Positions 8,609 to 17,008 of a stretch of DNA of 64,000 nucleotides are shown here, one piece after another. This DNA is from Patescibacteria group bacterium (GTDB lineage: Bacteria > Patescibacteriota > Microgenomatia > UM-FILTER-40-11): NCBI GenBank assembly GCA_035530075.1, contig DATKVM010000005.1:22823-86822 (forward strand), read 5' to 3'. The translations under genes were made by a program, and so were the position numbers. The notes under the pieces were generated by a model that ran no database searches, had not been told where the DNA came from, and worked only from the letters and a program-made list of their open reading frames with translations. Position 1 is the first letter of the stretch. Each line of letters starts with the position of its first letter.

Positions 8609-9209
8609 GGTAGAAAGGTATGTTATAACTGGTGCTCCTCGCTCCGGCAAAACCACCGTAGTCAGAGAACTAGGGAAAAGACATAAAACGTTTGAAGAAC
8701 CAGTTGTGAGAGTTGTTAAGCAGCGGGTAGAGCAACTCAAGGGAGATCAACAAATTGATATTCCTAAACACAGCATCCCTCTTGAAATACTTTTTCCTGA
8801 TAAGAGAGAATTCCTTGCAAGTAGTCAAAGACTATTTTTGTTTGATTACGATGAATCCCAAGCATACGATTTATCTTTCTTTGATCGAGGCCTCCCTGAT
8901 CTTATTGTCCTGCATGAGTTGTTAGACGTTCCAATTCCTGCAGATTTAATAGATGTTATTAAGGACCACAGATATAGCAATAGGGTTTTTATTTTTGATT
9001 TATTAGAAAGAGAAATTTTTCAAGAACATAGAAATAAAAGGCCCAATATGTTTAATTCCTATGAAGAATGTTTACGAATTAGAGACAGAATTATGGATGT
9101 ATATCACCAAAGCGGATACTCTATTACTTTAGTTCCTTTTGATTCAGTTGAAAACAGAGAGTTGTTTGTCATGAGAAAGCTTGAAGATAATCTATCAGTA
9201 AAATTTTAA
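8598..9209 (+). CDS. AAA_28 / NadR-like P-loop nucleoside or nucleotide kinase
   Basis: RYVITGAPRSGKTT, FFDRGLPD, Y..VF; overlaps the upstream gene. Confidence 0.82.
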   Translation: MRSEVERYVITGAPRSGKTTVVRELGKRHKTFEEPVVRVVKQRVEQLKGDQQIDIPKHSIPLEILFPDKREFLASSQRLFLFDYDESQAYDLSFFDRGLPDLIVLHELLDVPIPADLIDVIKDHRYSNRVFIFDLLEREIFQEHRNKRPNMFNSYEECLRIRDRIMDVYHQSGYSITLVPFDSVENRELFVMRKLEDNLSVKF

Positions 9210-9412
9210 GCCGCACGGAACAAGTATAATGTCCTTAGCTAGCCTCAAGGAAAAATCCTTTTTTTGGCGAACAGTTGTATCTTCATGACCGGAAGGTCGT
9301 ATCTTCGAGGGTAAAAAAGACCGCTGAATAACAAGGGTACGGTCCGAAACTTTCTAAAATAAAATGACACTTAGTAAGCAATATCGGGCTTTTTTAGAGC
9401 TTACGGTCGCTT

Positions 9413-9462
9413 GGTGTCCAGTCGTGCTGAGCGGGCCGGTCTAGACCCTTTTGAGCCCATAA
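9413..9462 (-). repeat. Degenerate tRNA-3'-end-like repeat, copy A
   Basis: Minus strand TTATGGGCTCAAAAGGGTCTAGACCGGCCCGCTCAGCACGACTGGACACC; aligns with 6863-6912. Confidence 0.6.
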
Positions 9463-9466
9463 CTAA

Positions 9467-10237
9467 TTACGCCAACCTTTGAAAAATACAATCTTCTAAA
9501 TTAGCCCTGTAAAAAGCAATCCTTTTCCCAATACATTCTCCGATTAATTTGTTCACATATTTGTCACGGGCGTATTTCCCATTCTCAAATAAAGCATCAC
9601 TTTCTTTTTCCAGTAATTCGTAATATTTGAAGAATTGTTCTATGGGCAAAACAAATGAATCATTTCCTCTAACAAAAGCAAAAATCTCATCATCAGAAAC
9701 AACAACCCCAATCTTATCTCTTTCGACAAGCAGAAAATTCGCAAAATCACCCTCGCTTGGAGGGTTTCCGGTTGGATGAACATGAACAGTCCCGACAAGC
9801 GTTTTACCTTTTTCTACAATGACGTTAAATATATCAAGATAACTTCCCGAATAATCGGCAGGTATTAAAATAAATTTTTTTTGTCCCTTTGTCTTCATTG
9901 GCACACTGTGAAGTTTTTCTCTAATTTCTCCATTCGAAGAATTGGTCAAATCCACAATATCAGTTTCAACCAAAATGACGGTGCCGACACTTAAATCTCT
10001 CAGTTTTATTCTGTTCAAAGGGTCAATAAACAAGACCCCAGAAACTTCTTTTCCTTCCAGATTGGGAATATCAGAAAAGCCTTGAGCTTTTGACCATTTT
10101 TTTAGTGCCAAAAAACCGTATTTTACTTCATCACCTAGATAAAAACGGTCCGGCATTTTTACTACTGACAAATTTTCATCAAGAAACTTGCCGTCAGAGA
10201 TGTTGCCATTTTTTACCTCGGTTTGATTTTCTGGCAT
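9467..10237 (-). CDS. Hypothetical protein with a JAB/MPN (JAMM) metal-binding motif
   Basis: VGTVHVHPTGNPPSEGD = HxH...SxxD. Confidence 0.6.
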   Translation of the reverse strand: MPENQTEVKNGNISDGKFLDENLSVVKMPDRFYLGDEVKYGFLALKKWSKAQGFSDIPNLEGKEVSGVLFIDPLNRIKLRDLSVGTVILVETDIVDLTNSSNGEIREKLHSVPMKTKGQKKFILIPADYSGSYLDIFNVIVEKGKTLVGTVHVHPTGNPPSEGDFANFLLVERDKIGVVVSDDEIFAFVRGNDSFVLPIEQFFKYYELLEKESDALFENGKYARDKYVNKLIGECIGKRIAFYRANLEDCIFQRLA

Positions 10238-10268
10238 ATCCAAATTTTAGCACTTTTTCCTTCGGTTC

Positions 10269-10348
10269 CTTCGATTTCACCCAGGTCGAGTTCGCTCACC
10301 ACATTTGACTACTTTGGCTATAGCCATGGGCGAACGAAGTGAGTCGAA
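10269..10348. repeat. REP-like imperfect hairpin directly after the tRNA CCA
   Basis: Minus strand TTCGACTCACTTCGTTCGCCCAT...GTGAGCGAAC...TCGAAG. Confidence 0.55.
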
Positions 10349-10422
10349 TGGCTGGGAGACTAGGATTCGAACCTAGATGAGATGCTTCAGAGGCACCTAT
10401 CCTACCGTTAGATGATCTCCCA
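10349..10422 (-). tRNA. tRNA-Gln (CTG), CCA encoded
   Basis: TGGGAGA/TCTCCCA acceptor stem, anticodon arm GGTGC-CTCTGAA-GCATC, T-loop GGTTCGAATCC. Confidence 0.95.
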
Positions 10423-10534
10423 ATGATTCCCTATCTGGAGTTATTTTACCAAAAAACAGCCTCTAAATGAAGCCCGAGAGGAATTTGACAAAAACCCAAA
10501 AAATAGATTAGTCTTAAAGAAGGAGGAATTATTT

Positions 10535-11191
10535 ATGAAAAAAGTAACTTTGGGCGTTTTTTGCTTAGCCCTTCTGACTTTATTAACTACCTCTAGCACT
10601 CAAGCGGTTCCTTCGGTCCAAACCAAGAATCAAACTCAGCTTCAGCAAACCACCGTCACCCCGACCGGGCAGACGGTCAAAAACCAAAATCAAGTCCAAA
10701 CCAGAAATGCCGGTGAGGAAGAACAGTTAAGAATTACTCTCCAGGAAGAAGAGGGCTCAACTCCCCCCGGCCAATTAAGAAGTGCCGAGCGCAAAAGTGA
10801 AGTCGCCAAAGCGGTCCAGTTGCTTCTTTCCGCCGCCGATCGCAGCGGCGGCATTGGTCCGCAAATCCGGGAAATTGCCCGGGCTCAAAACGAGGGCCAA
10901 ACTAAAGCGGAAGCCAATTTACTCCAAGCCCGGCGGGAAAATAAAGTCGCTCAGCTGATTTTAGGCTCGAATTACCAAAACCTGAAAGAGGCCAAAAAAG
11001 AATTAACCCAAATTGAGGCCCGGGCAAGAAAGCTTCAGCAGATTCAAACCAAGTTAACTAACCAAGGAGCTCAGCAGCAAATCCAAGAAGCCATCCAAAC
11101 CCTGGAAGTTCAAAAAACCGCTCTCCAGGAGGCCTTGCGGCAAGAGGAAAATAGCTTTAGCCTTTTTGGCTGGCTACTAAGGTTTTTCTAA
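10535..11191 (+). CDS. Secreted Gln-rich coiled-coil hypothetical protein (CPR-type)
   Basis: Signal peptide, SD AGGAGG, GGIG.QIREIA..Q, terminal FSLFGWL. Confidence 0.75.
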   Translation: MKKVTLGVFCLALLTLLTTSSTQAVPSVQTKNQTQLQQTTVTPTGQTVKNQNQVQTRNAGEEEQLRITLQEEEGSTPPGQLRSAERKSEVAKAVQLLLSAADRSGGIGPQIREIARAQNEGQTKAEANLLQARRENKVAQLILGSNYQNLKEAKKELTQIEARARKLQQIQTKLTNQGAQQQIQEAIQTLEVQKTALQEALRQEENSFSLFGWLLRFF

Positions 11192-11202
11192 GCTCAAAGC
11201 CG

Positions 11203-11868
11203 TTAGTTTTCTTCGGCCAGACAAGAAGATTCTTCCCGAAGGCGGGCAATATCTTTAATGATTAAGCGTCTTCCCTTCCCCGAAGTGAGGCCCTTTTTCT
11301 TTAACTTCAGCATTTGCAAAGTTACCGTTTCCCGGGTTAAACCGGTCATACTGGCAATCGTCCGGTGAGTTGGCGGTAGATCAAGTGTGAGTTCGGTTGT
11401 CCTCTTGGAACTGTCAGCCACTAGAGAAAGGAGAACCGAGACCACCTTCGTGTAGGCGTTACCCGACGCCAGATACTCAATCCTGGCCAATAAGCCCTGG
11501 AAAAGCTCGGTGATATTCTCCATTATTTCCAGAAAAACCTCCGGATCTTCCACCATTAGACTAATCAGTTCCTTTTTGGATATCGCATGGGCCTCGACTG
11601 GGGTGAGAGTTTCCGCATAATATCGGCTTTTAAGCCGGTTGGGGGCAAAGAATAAAGGCAGCAAGGAATGGGGTTTAAGAATAGCAATGGTTACTTCTTG
11701 GCCACTTTTGCAAATGGTATATATCCTAATGAAGCCAGATTTCAGAGAGTAAGATAAATCCAAAAAATCACCCGGTTGATAAATTACTTCATTTCTTTTG
11801 AACTTAATTAAACGGTACTTCTCCAGTAATTTATCAAAAGTTTTCCGATATTTCGTCTCCCGGTTCAT
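11203..11868 (-). CDS. Crp/Fnr family transcriptional regulator
   Basis: cNMP-binding barrel (IYQPGD, SGFIRIY, GQEVTI); HTH THRTIASMTGLTRETVT. Confidence 0.92.
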   Translation of the reverse strand: MNRETKYRKTFDKLLEKYRLIKFKRNEVIYQPGDFLDLSYSLKSGFIRIYTICKSGQEVTIAILKPHSLLPLFFAPNRLKSRYYAETLTPVEAHAISKKELISLMVEDPEVFLEIMENITELFQGLLARIEYLASGNAYTKVVSVLLSLVADSSKRTTELTLDLPPTHRTIASMTGLTRETVTLQMLKLKKKGLTSGKGRRLIIKDIARLREESSCLAEEN

Positions 11869-11972
11869 AATTTTTTAATTATTTAATGGTAATTACCATC
11901 TTTAATACATTTCCATAATCTTTTCAGTAATAAAAGACACAATATTATCTTGAAAGGGAAAAAGAAAGCAAT

Positions 11973-13406
11973 TTAAAGAAGTAAGCGGTTCAGTCTAGCC
12001 AAAGTTTCATCTTTACCCAAAATGACCGCTGACTGAGTAATCGGAGGAGTAAAGCGACTGCCAGTCAAAGCAATTCGGAAACTCATATAAAAATCGCCTG
12101 TCTGCCAACCCTCCTCGACGATTAATTTATTTAAGCTTAACTGGATTTCTTCGTTTTCCCATTTTTCCAGCTTTTCTAAAACCGCCGCCGCTTTGATTAA
12201 ATGTTCTTTATGGGGCAAATTGCCGAAGAGCTGGCGGTTAACCGTCGGCTTCACAAAGAAAAAGCCAGCTAAAACCGAAACTTCCGACAGTTTAACGATT
12301 CTTTCCCGGATAAGAGGAATTACTTTGTTCAAAATTTTTTCGTCAGCCCCCTTGGGGACAAACGGTTTTATTAATAAAAGTAAATCTTCGTCGGATTTTT
12401 GGCGAATATAGTGACCGTTAAACCAGTCTAATTTCTTGCGGTTAAAAACTGGATTAGCTGTTTGCAGTTGGCCGGCCTTGAAGTTGGCTACAAATTCCTC
12501 CAGAGTAAAGAGCTCCCGGTTATCTTTCGGTGCCCATCCTAAAAGCATAATGAAGTTTAAAAGTGCTTCCGGTAAATACCCTTCCGCCAAAAATTCTTCA
12601 ATCATTACGCTCCCTTTTCTCTTTGAAAGTTTTCCTCCCGCCGGATCAAGAATATCAGTTAAATGGCCAATTTTAGGCAATTCAAATCCCAAGTACTTAA
12701 AGAGCAATAGATGAACCGGCGTACTGGGCAACCAATCTCGCCCCCGGACAATATGAGAAACCTCCATCGCGTTGTCATCTACCACTACCGCTAAGTGGTA
12801 AGTCGGAAAGCCATCGGACTTCAAAAGCATTACTTCATCAATATTTTTAGTTTCCCAAGAAATTTCTTTATTTAAAACAAAGTCATTGAAAGAAACGGTT
12901 TCATTATCCGGAACTCTCAATCTGATTGCCGGTTTCTGGCCTGATTTTAGCTTCGCCTGGACTTCTTCCGGCGACAAATTCCGACAAGCATCTCTTAAAT
13001 TAATAGTTTTTTGCTCGTGTTCTTCTGCAATCGCTTCTTTTGTTTGCGGTGGACAAAAACAAAAGTAAGCATGACCGCTGGCCACTAGCTTTTCGGCAAA
13101 ATCTTTATAAATCCCCAAGGCCACTTTCTCCGACTGAATATAAGGCCCAAATTTACCGCCAACTACCGGCCCCTCATCCCAATTAAGACCAAAGATTCTT
13201 AAATCTTCTAATATTTTTTCGGTGGCCCCAGGCACGAAGCGGCTTCGGTCGGTATCTTCGATTCTTAAAATGAATTTCCCCTTCTCGCTTTTAGTCAAAG
13301 CATAAGCGTAAAGGGCAGTTCTCAAAGAACCGATGTGGAGAAATCCCGTCGGGCTCGGAGCAAATCTCGTTCTTACCTGCCTGCCGGCAGGCACGGTATC
13401 ATTCAT
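11973..13406 (-). CDS. gltX: Glutamate--tRNA ligase
   Basis: RTRFAPSPTGFLHIG, LRIEDTD, KLSKR. Confidence 0.98.
   Translation of the reverse strand: MNDTVPAGRQVRTRFAPSPTGFLHIGSLRTALYAYALTKSEKGKFILRIEDTDRSRFVPGATEKILEDLRIFGLNWDEGPVVGGKFGPYIQSEKVALGIYKDFAEKLVASGHAYFCFCPPQTKEAIAEEHEQKTINLRDACRNLSPEEVQAKLKSGQKPAIRLRVPDNETVSFNDFVLNKEISWETKNIDEVMLLKSDGFPTYHLAVVVDDNAMEVSHIVRGRDWLPSTPVHLLLFKYLGFELPKIGHLTDILDPAGGKLSKRKGSVMIEEFLAEGYLPEALLNFIMLLGWAPKDNRELFTLEEFVANFKAGQLQTANPVFNRKKLDWFNGHYIRQKSDEDLLLLIKPFVPKGADEKILNKVIPLIRERIVKLSEVSVLAGFFFVKPTVNRQLFGNLPHKEHLIKAAAVLEKLEKWENEEIQLSLNKLIVEEGWQTGDFYMSFRIALTGSRFTPPITQSAVILGKDETLARLNRLLL
13378..13393. repeat. Perfect palindrome TGCCTGCCGGCAGGCA in the gltX 5' end
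   Basis: Encodes the extra VPAGRQ before VRTRFAPS. Confidence 0.7.
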
Positions 13407-13466
13407 ATTTCCCTTGATTTTACCTCAATTCCTACCTATACTCAACCTATTTCGCCTGTATACTAG

Positions 13467-13524
13467 TTGAGTTCATACTCAATTAAAACCACTTAAAATT
13501 CTAGTCAATTGAGTATATACTCAA
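13467..13524. promoter_or_regulatory. Two palindromic operator-like sites TTGAGT-N4-ACTCAA
   Basis: At 13467-13482 and 13509-13524 (42 bp apart) in the divergent intergenic region. Confidence 0.65.
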
Positions 13525-13530
13525 CCATAT

Positions 13531-14583
13531 ATGGCCACTCTCACCGAGACGGCTTATTATTCCCGTCAAGCAATAAAATACGGTTCGATTGCCGTCGTCA
13601 TTTTATTAATTTTAAGAGGGGCTTTTTTATCCTTCCGGACCTACTGGAAAAAGGCTCATCCGCCACCGCCACCCGCGCCAACGGTTACTTTCGGCAAACT
13701 GCCTAAATTGGAATTTCCCGAAAGAAAGGACTTACCAAAACTAAGTTTTAAGCTGGAAACAATTTCCGGAACTCTGCCCAAATTAGCAACTCAAGCTAAA
13801 GTCTTCTTTATTCCTCAACCTTCTTCCAATTTACTGGCTTGGGACAATACTAAGGCCTGGGCCCGACAACTAGGCTTTAACCGTGAACCCGAAGCCATTG
13901 ATAGATATGAGTATCGTTTCACTTCGGAAACCAACCCACCCACTATTCTCGAAGTTCATGTTTTAAGCAAAAATTTCCGACTTTACTATGACTGGAAAAG
14001 CGATTTGGAAATTCTTTCGCAGGGTAACCCCCCCCAAGAAAAAGAAGCTATCGCCTTGGCCCGGGGGTTTCTACAAGGAGCGGGGGCCTTAAGTGAGGAC
14101 TTAAGTCAAGGACCAGCCGAAGTGACTTACCTTAAATATAAAGACGGCAACTTGACTAAAGCTCTTTTCTTCTCGGAAGCCAATTTCGCCAAAGTTAATC
14201 TTTTCCGCCAGGACCTAGACAATTTAAAAATTTTACCCGCGAATCCTAAAGACACTAATGTCTCGATTACTATCGGCCCTACTGGCAACCGTAACCGAGG
14301 AATTATCGAGGCTAAATACACTTATGCTTCAATCTCCCAAGCGAATTTCGCCACTTATCCTTTAAAGGATGTTAACGCTGCCTGGTCGCAGCTGACTGAC
14401 GGAAAAGCCTTCGTTGCCAATCTCGGTAATAATTCGGGAGAAAAAATTATTATTAGAAACGCCTACTTAGCTTATTACGATAGTGAAAACCCCCAAAACT
14501 TCCTGCAGCCCGTCATTGTCTTTGAGGGCGATAATGATTTTTATGCTTACGTGCCGGCCGTTAGCGAAACTTGGTTTGAATAA
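13531..14583 (+). CDS. Membrane-anchored hypothetical protein (Microgenomates-type)
   Basis: N-terminal TM, PPPPP.PTV.FGKLP, C-terminal YPLK...AW..L..G..LAYYD..FLQPV.VF.G. Confidence 0.8.
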   Translation: MATLTETAYYSRQAIKYGSIAVVILLILRGAFLSFRTYWKKAHPPPPPAPTVTFGKLPKLEFPERKDLPKLSFKLETISGTLPKLATQAKVFFIPQPSSNLLAWDNTKAWARQLGFNREPEAIDRYEYRFTSETNPPTILEVHVLSKNFRLYYDWKSDLEILSQGNPPQEKEAIALARGFLQGAGALSEDLSQGPAEVTYLKYKDGNLTKALFFSEANFAKVNLFRQDLDNLKILPANPKDTNVSITIGPTGNRNRGIIEAKYTYASISQANFATYPLKDVNAAWSQLTDGKAFVANLGNNSGEKIIIRNAYLAYYDSENPQNFLQPVIVFEGDNDFYAYVPAVSETWFE

Positions 14584-14586
14584 GGG

Positions 14587-15561
14587 CTAACTTTTAGGCT
14601 TAACGGTCTCCCAGCTAAAATTGGTAAAAATCCACTCAATTAACTTTTGGGTTTCGCCGAAACGGTCTTGACTGCCGAGAACAACCGTCACGACTTTCTC
14701 GCCGTTCCTCTCGGTTAAAGCAATTAAGCATTCGCCGGCGTTTTGCGTCCAACCGGTTTTTACCCCTTTAACTCCTTCCAGCTTACCCACTAACTCGTTG
14801 GTGTTTTTCAAAAAATGATTAATCTCGCCGGAAACATCACTAACCGCCACCGCCGAAGTGGAAACAATCCGCACAAATATCGGGTTTTTAACTGCTTCTT
14901 GAGTTAATCTCGCCAAATCCCTGGCGGTAGAATAATGACCTGTCTCATCCAGGCCAATTGGGTTGACAAAGTGAGTATTATCAAGCCGTAAATCTTTCGC
15001 CTTTTGATTCATCGCTTCAACAAAAGCCCCGGTTCCCCCGGGAAAATTTTCCGCCAAAACTAAAGTGGCATCATTGCCCGAACCGACTAAAATACCATAT
15101 AAAAGATTTTCTACCGTTATTCGCTCCCCCGGCAAAAGTTTAATTAAGTTACCGCTAACGGTTATCCGGCCGACTGTCAAAATCTGATCCAAAGGATAGT
15201 GTTCCAGAGCCACCAAGGCCGTCATTATCTTGGTCGTTGAGGCAGGGAAAAGTTTTTGGTCCGCTTCTTCTTCGTAAAGTGGCACCATCGAATTAACATC
15301 CAAAGCTATCACCGAGCGGGCAGAAAAGGTGGGAAGTTCAGTCACCTTTTTATTGACCGGATAAGGAGCGGGGGTGGGTAAAAGAGTCCGAAAACCTAAT
15401 ATCCCCCTTAAGGTTAAAGCCGGTTTTGGAGGAGTCTTGACCATCGCCCGGCCAATCAACAAAAAAACCAGGATGGCCAAAAAGCCCATCAAGGAAAAAG
15501 ACAGCCTTTTCGGCCGAATATTAAGCTTCAACTTCGATAGAGAAAAAGAAGGAAAATTCAT
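14587..15561 (-). CDS. D-alanyl-D-alanine carboxypeptidase (peptidase S11)
   Basis: PASTTKIMT, SGNDA, GVKTG. Confidence 0.93.
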   Translation of the reverse strand: MNFPSFSLSKLKLNIRPKRLSFSLMGFLAILVFLLIGRAMVKTPPKPALTLRGILGFRTLLPTPAPYPVNKKVTELPTFSARSVIALDVNSMVPLYEEEADQKLFPASTTKIMTALVALEHYPLDQILTVGRITVSGNLIKLLPGERITVENLLYGILVGSGNDATLVLAENFPGGTGAFVEAMNQKAKDLRLDNTHFVNPIGLDETGHYSTARDLARLTQEAVKNPIFVRIVSTSAVAVSDVSGEINHFLKNTNELVGKLEGVKGVKTGWTQNAGECLIALTERNGEKVVTVVLGSQDRFGETQKLIEWIFTNFSWETVKPKS

Positions 15562-16943
15562 TTTTTGGCAATTTTCAGAGAAAGCTCTTTTAGCTGTTCT
15601 TCAGACACGGCGGTCGGCGCTTCCATAACGGCAGTTTGCCCGGAAGAGCTCATCGGGAAAGCAATCACCTCGCGCAAACTGGATTCTCCCAATAAAATCA
15701 TTAAAAATCGATCCAACCCCGGTGCAATTCCTCCATGAGGAGGAACGCCGTATCTAAAAGCCTTAAGCAAATGACCGAATTTTCTCTCTATCTCCTCTTT
15801 GGTATGGCACATTATTTCAAAAACTTTAGTCAAAATCGCTGGGTCAGTAATACGCAAGCTCCCTCCGGCAATCTCGTAGCCATTGAGGACCATATCGTAT
15901 TGATAAGATTTCAGCTCGCCGATATTCTTACCCGCCATTAAATCTGGAATGCCTTCCTCTTTCGGCGCCGTAAACGGATGATGCATCGCATCCCAGCGGT
16001 GTTCTCTTTCTTTCCATTCAAATAAAGGGAAGTCAATCACAAAACAAAAAGCCAGCTCATTTGGGTCATTTTTGTCTTTCCGCAAATCGGGTTTATCCGT
16101 GCCATGCTTTTCCATCACCTCGTCATAGGTTAAGCGGGGAAATTCCGAAAAAGTCAGTTTCTTTTCTGGAAAAAATTCTTTAACAATCGCCTTATAAAGA
16201 TTTTCAACTAACGATAAGATTTCTTCTCGATTGACAAATGACATCTCAATATCCAGTTGAGTAAATTCTCCATAAGCTCGGTCCGCTCGCGGATCTTCGT
16301 CACGGAAACAACGGGCAATTTGAAAATATTTTTCAAAACCGGCTATCATTAAAAGCTGTTTATATTGTTGTGGCGATTGGGGAAGGGCATAAAAACAGCC
16401 AGGCTGTAACCTTGAAGGCACCAAAAAATCTCTTGCACCTTCAGGAGTAGCTTTGGTCAGAATTGGAGTCTCAATTTCCACAAAGTCTTTTGCGTTCAAA
16501 TAATCGCGGATGAATTTAATTACCTGATGGCGTGTCCGAAGATTACGTGTCATCCGTGGCCGGCGTAAATCAAGATAGCGATATCTTAAACGAACCTCTT
16601 CATTAATATCCAGTCCTTCTGTATCTGTCGGAAAGGGTAACTCGGCCGCTTTGGCCAAAATCTTTAGCTCTTTAGCCTCAATTTCCATGGCCCCCGTAGG
16701 CAATTTTGGGTTAACCAGATTAACCGGCCGCTCTTTAACCACTCCTCTTACTTCGATTGCCCATTCCGGCCGTAGCTGCCGCGCCTCTTCCAAACCAACC
16801 ATCACTACTTGAACTAAACCGCTGCGGTCACGCAAATCAATGAAAACAATCTTTCCGTGGTCACGGCGGGTATTCACCCAACCCTGAAGAAGAACTTCCT
16901 TACCCACTTTTCGAGGAGTCTCCGTCACCAAAGTTCTTTCCAT
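15558..16943 (-). CDS. aspS: Aspartate--tRNA ligase (short form, no GAD domain)
   Basis: TPEGARDF, LPQSPQ, CFRDED, PPHGGIAPGLDR. Confidence 0.97.
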   Translation of the reverse strand: MERTLVTETPRKVGKEVLLQGWVNTRRDHGKIVFIDLRDRSGLVQVVMVGLEEARQLRPEWAIEVRGVVKERPVNLVNPKLPTGAMEIEAKELKILAKAAELPFPTDTEGLDINEEVRLRYRYLDLRRPRMTRNLRTRHQVIKFIRDYLNAKDFVEIETPILTKATPEGARDFLVPSRLQPGCFYALPQSPQQYKQLLMIAGFEKYFQIARCFRDEDPRADRAYGEFTQLDIEMSFVNREEILSLVENLYKAIVKEFFPEKKLTFSEFPRLTYDEVMEKHGTDKPDLRKDKNDPNELAFCFVIDFPLFEWKEREHRWDAMHHPFTAPKEEGIPDLMAGKNIGELKSYQYDMVLNGYEIAGGSLRITDPAILTKVFEIMCHTKEEIERKFGHLLKAFRYGVPPHGGIAPGLDRFLMILLGESSLREVIAFPMSSSGQTAVMEAPTAVSEEQLKELSLKIAKK

Positions 16944-17008
16944 AGGCTGATTTTACACCTTTAGCCACTCCTTGACAACGCTGATGACCCTTGAGGAAAG
17001 GGCGCTAG

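Larger units (their letters stand above)
5328..10348. mobile_element. AT-rich genomic island downstream of tRNA-Gln (no intact integrase)
   Basis: Visible composition and codon shift, accessory genes, position at the tRNA 3' end, internal degenerate tRNA-like repeats. Confidence 0.65.

Noticed and set aside
9210-9237. dif-like site GCCGCACGGAA-CAAGTA-TAATGTCCTTA
   Set aside because: Too many mismatches to XerC/XerD arms; it may simply be a TATAAT promoter element
5968-9462. Island repeats as classical integron attC sites or CRISPR repeats
   Set aside because: No RYYYAAC...GTTRRRY palindromic structure, no intI or cas gene, and kilobase spacing
13467-13524. Palindromes as canonical CRP or FNR boxes
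   Set aside because: TGA-N8-TCA spacing differs from the TGA-N6-TCA of CRP/FNR; kept only as unassigned operators
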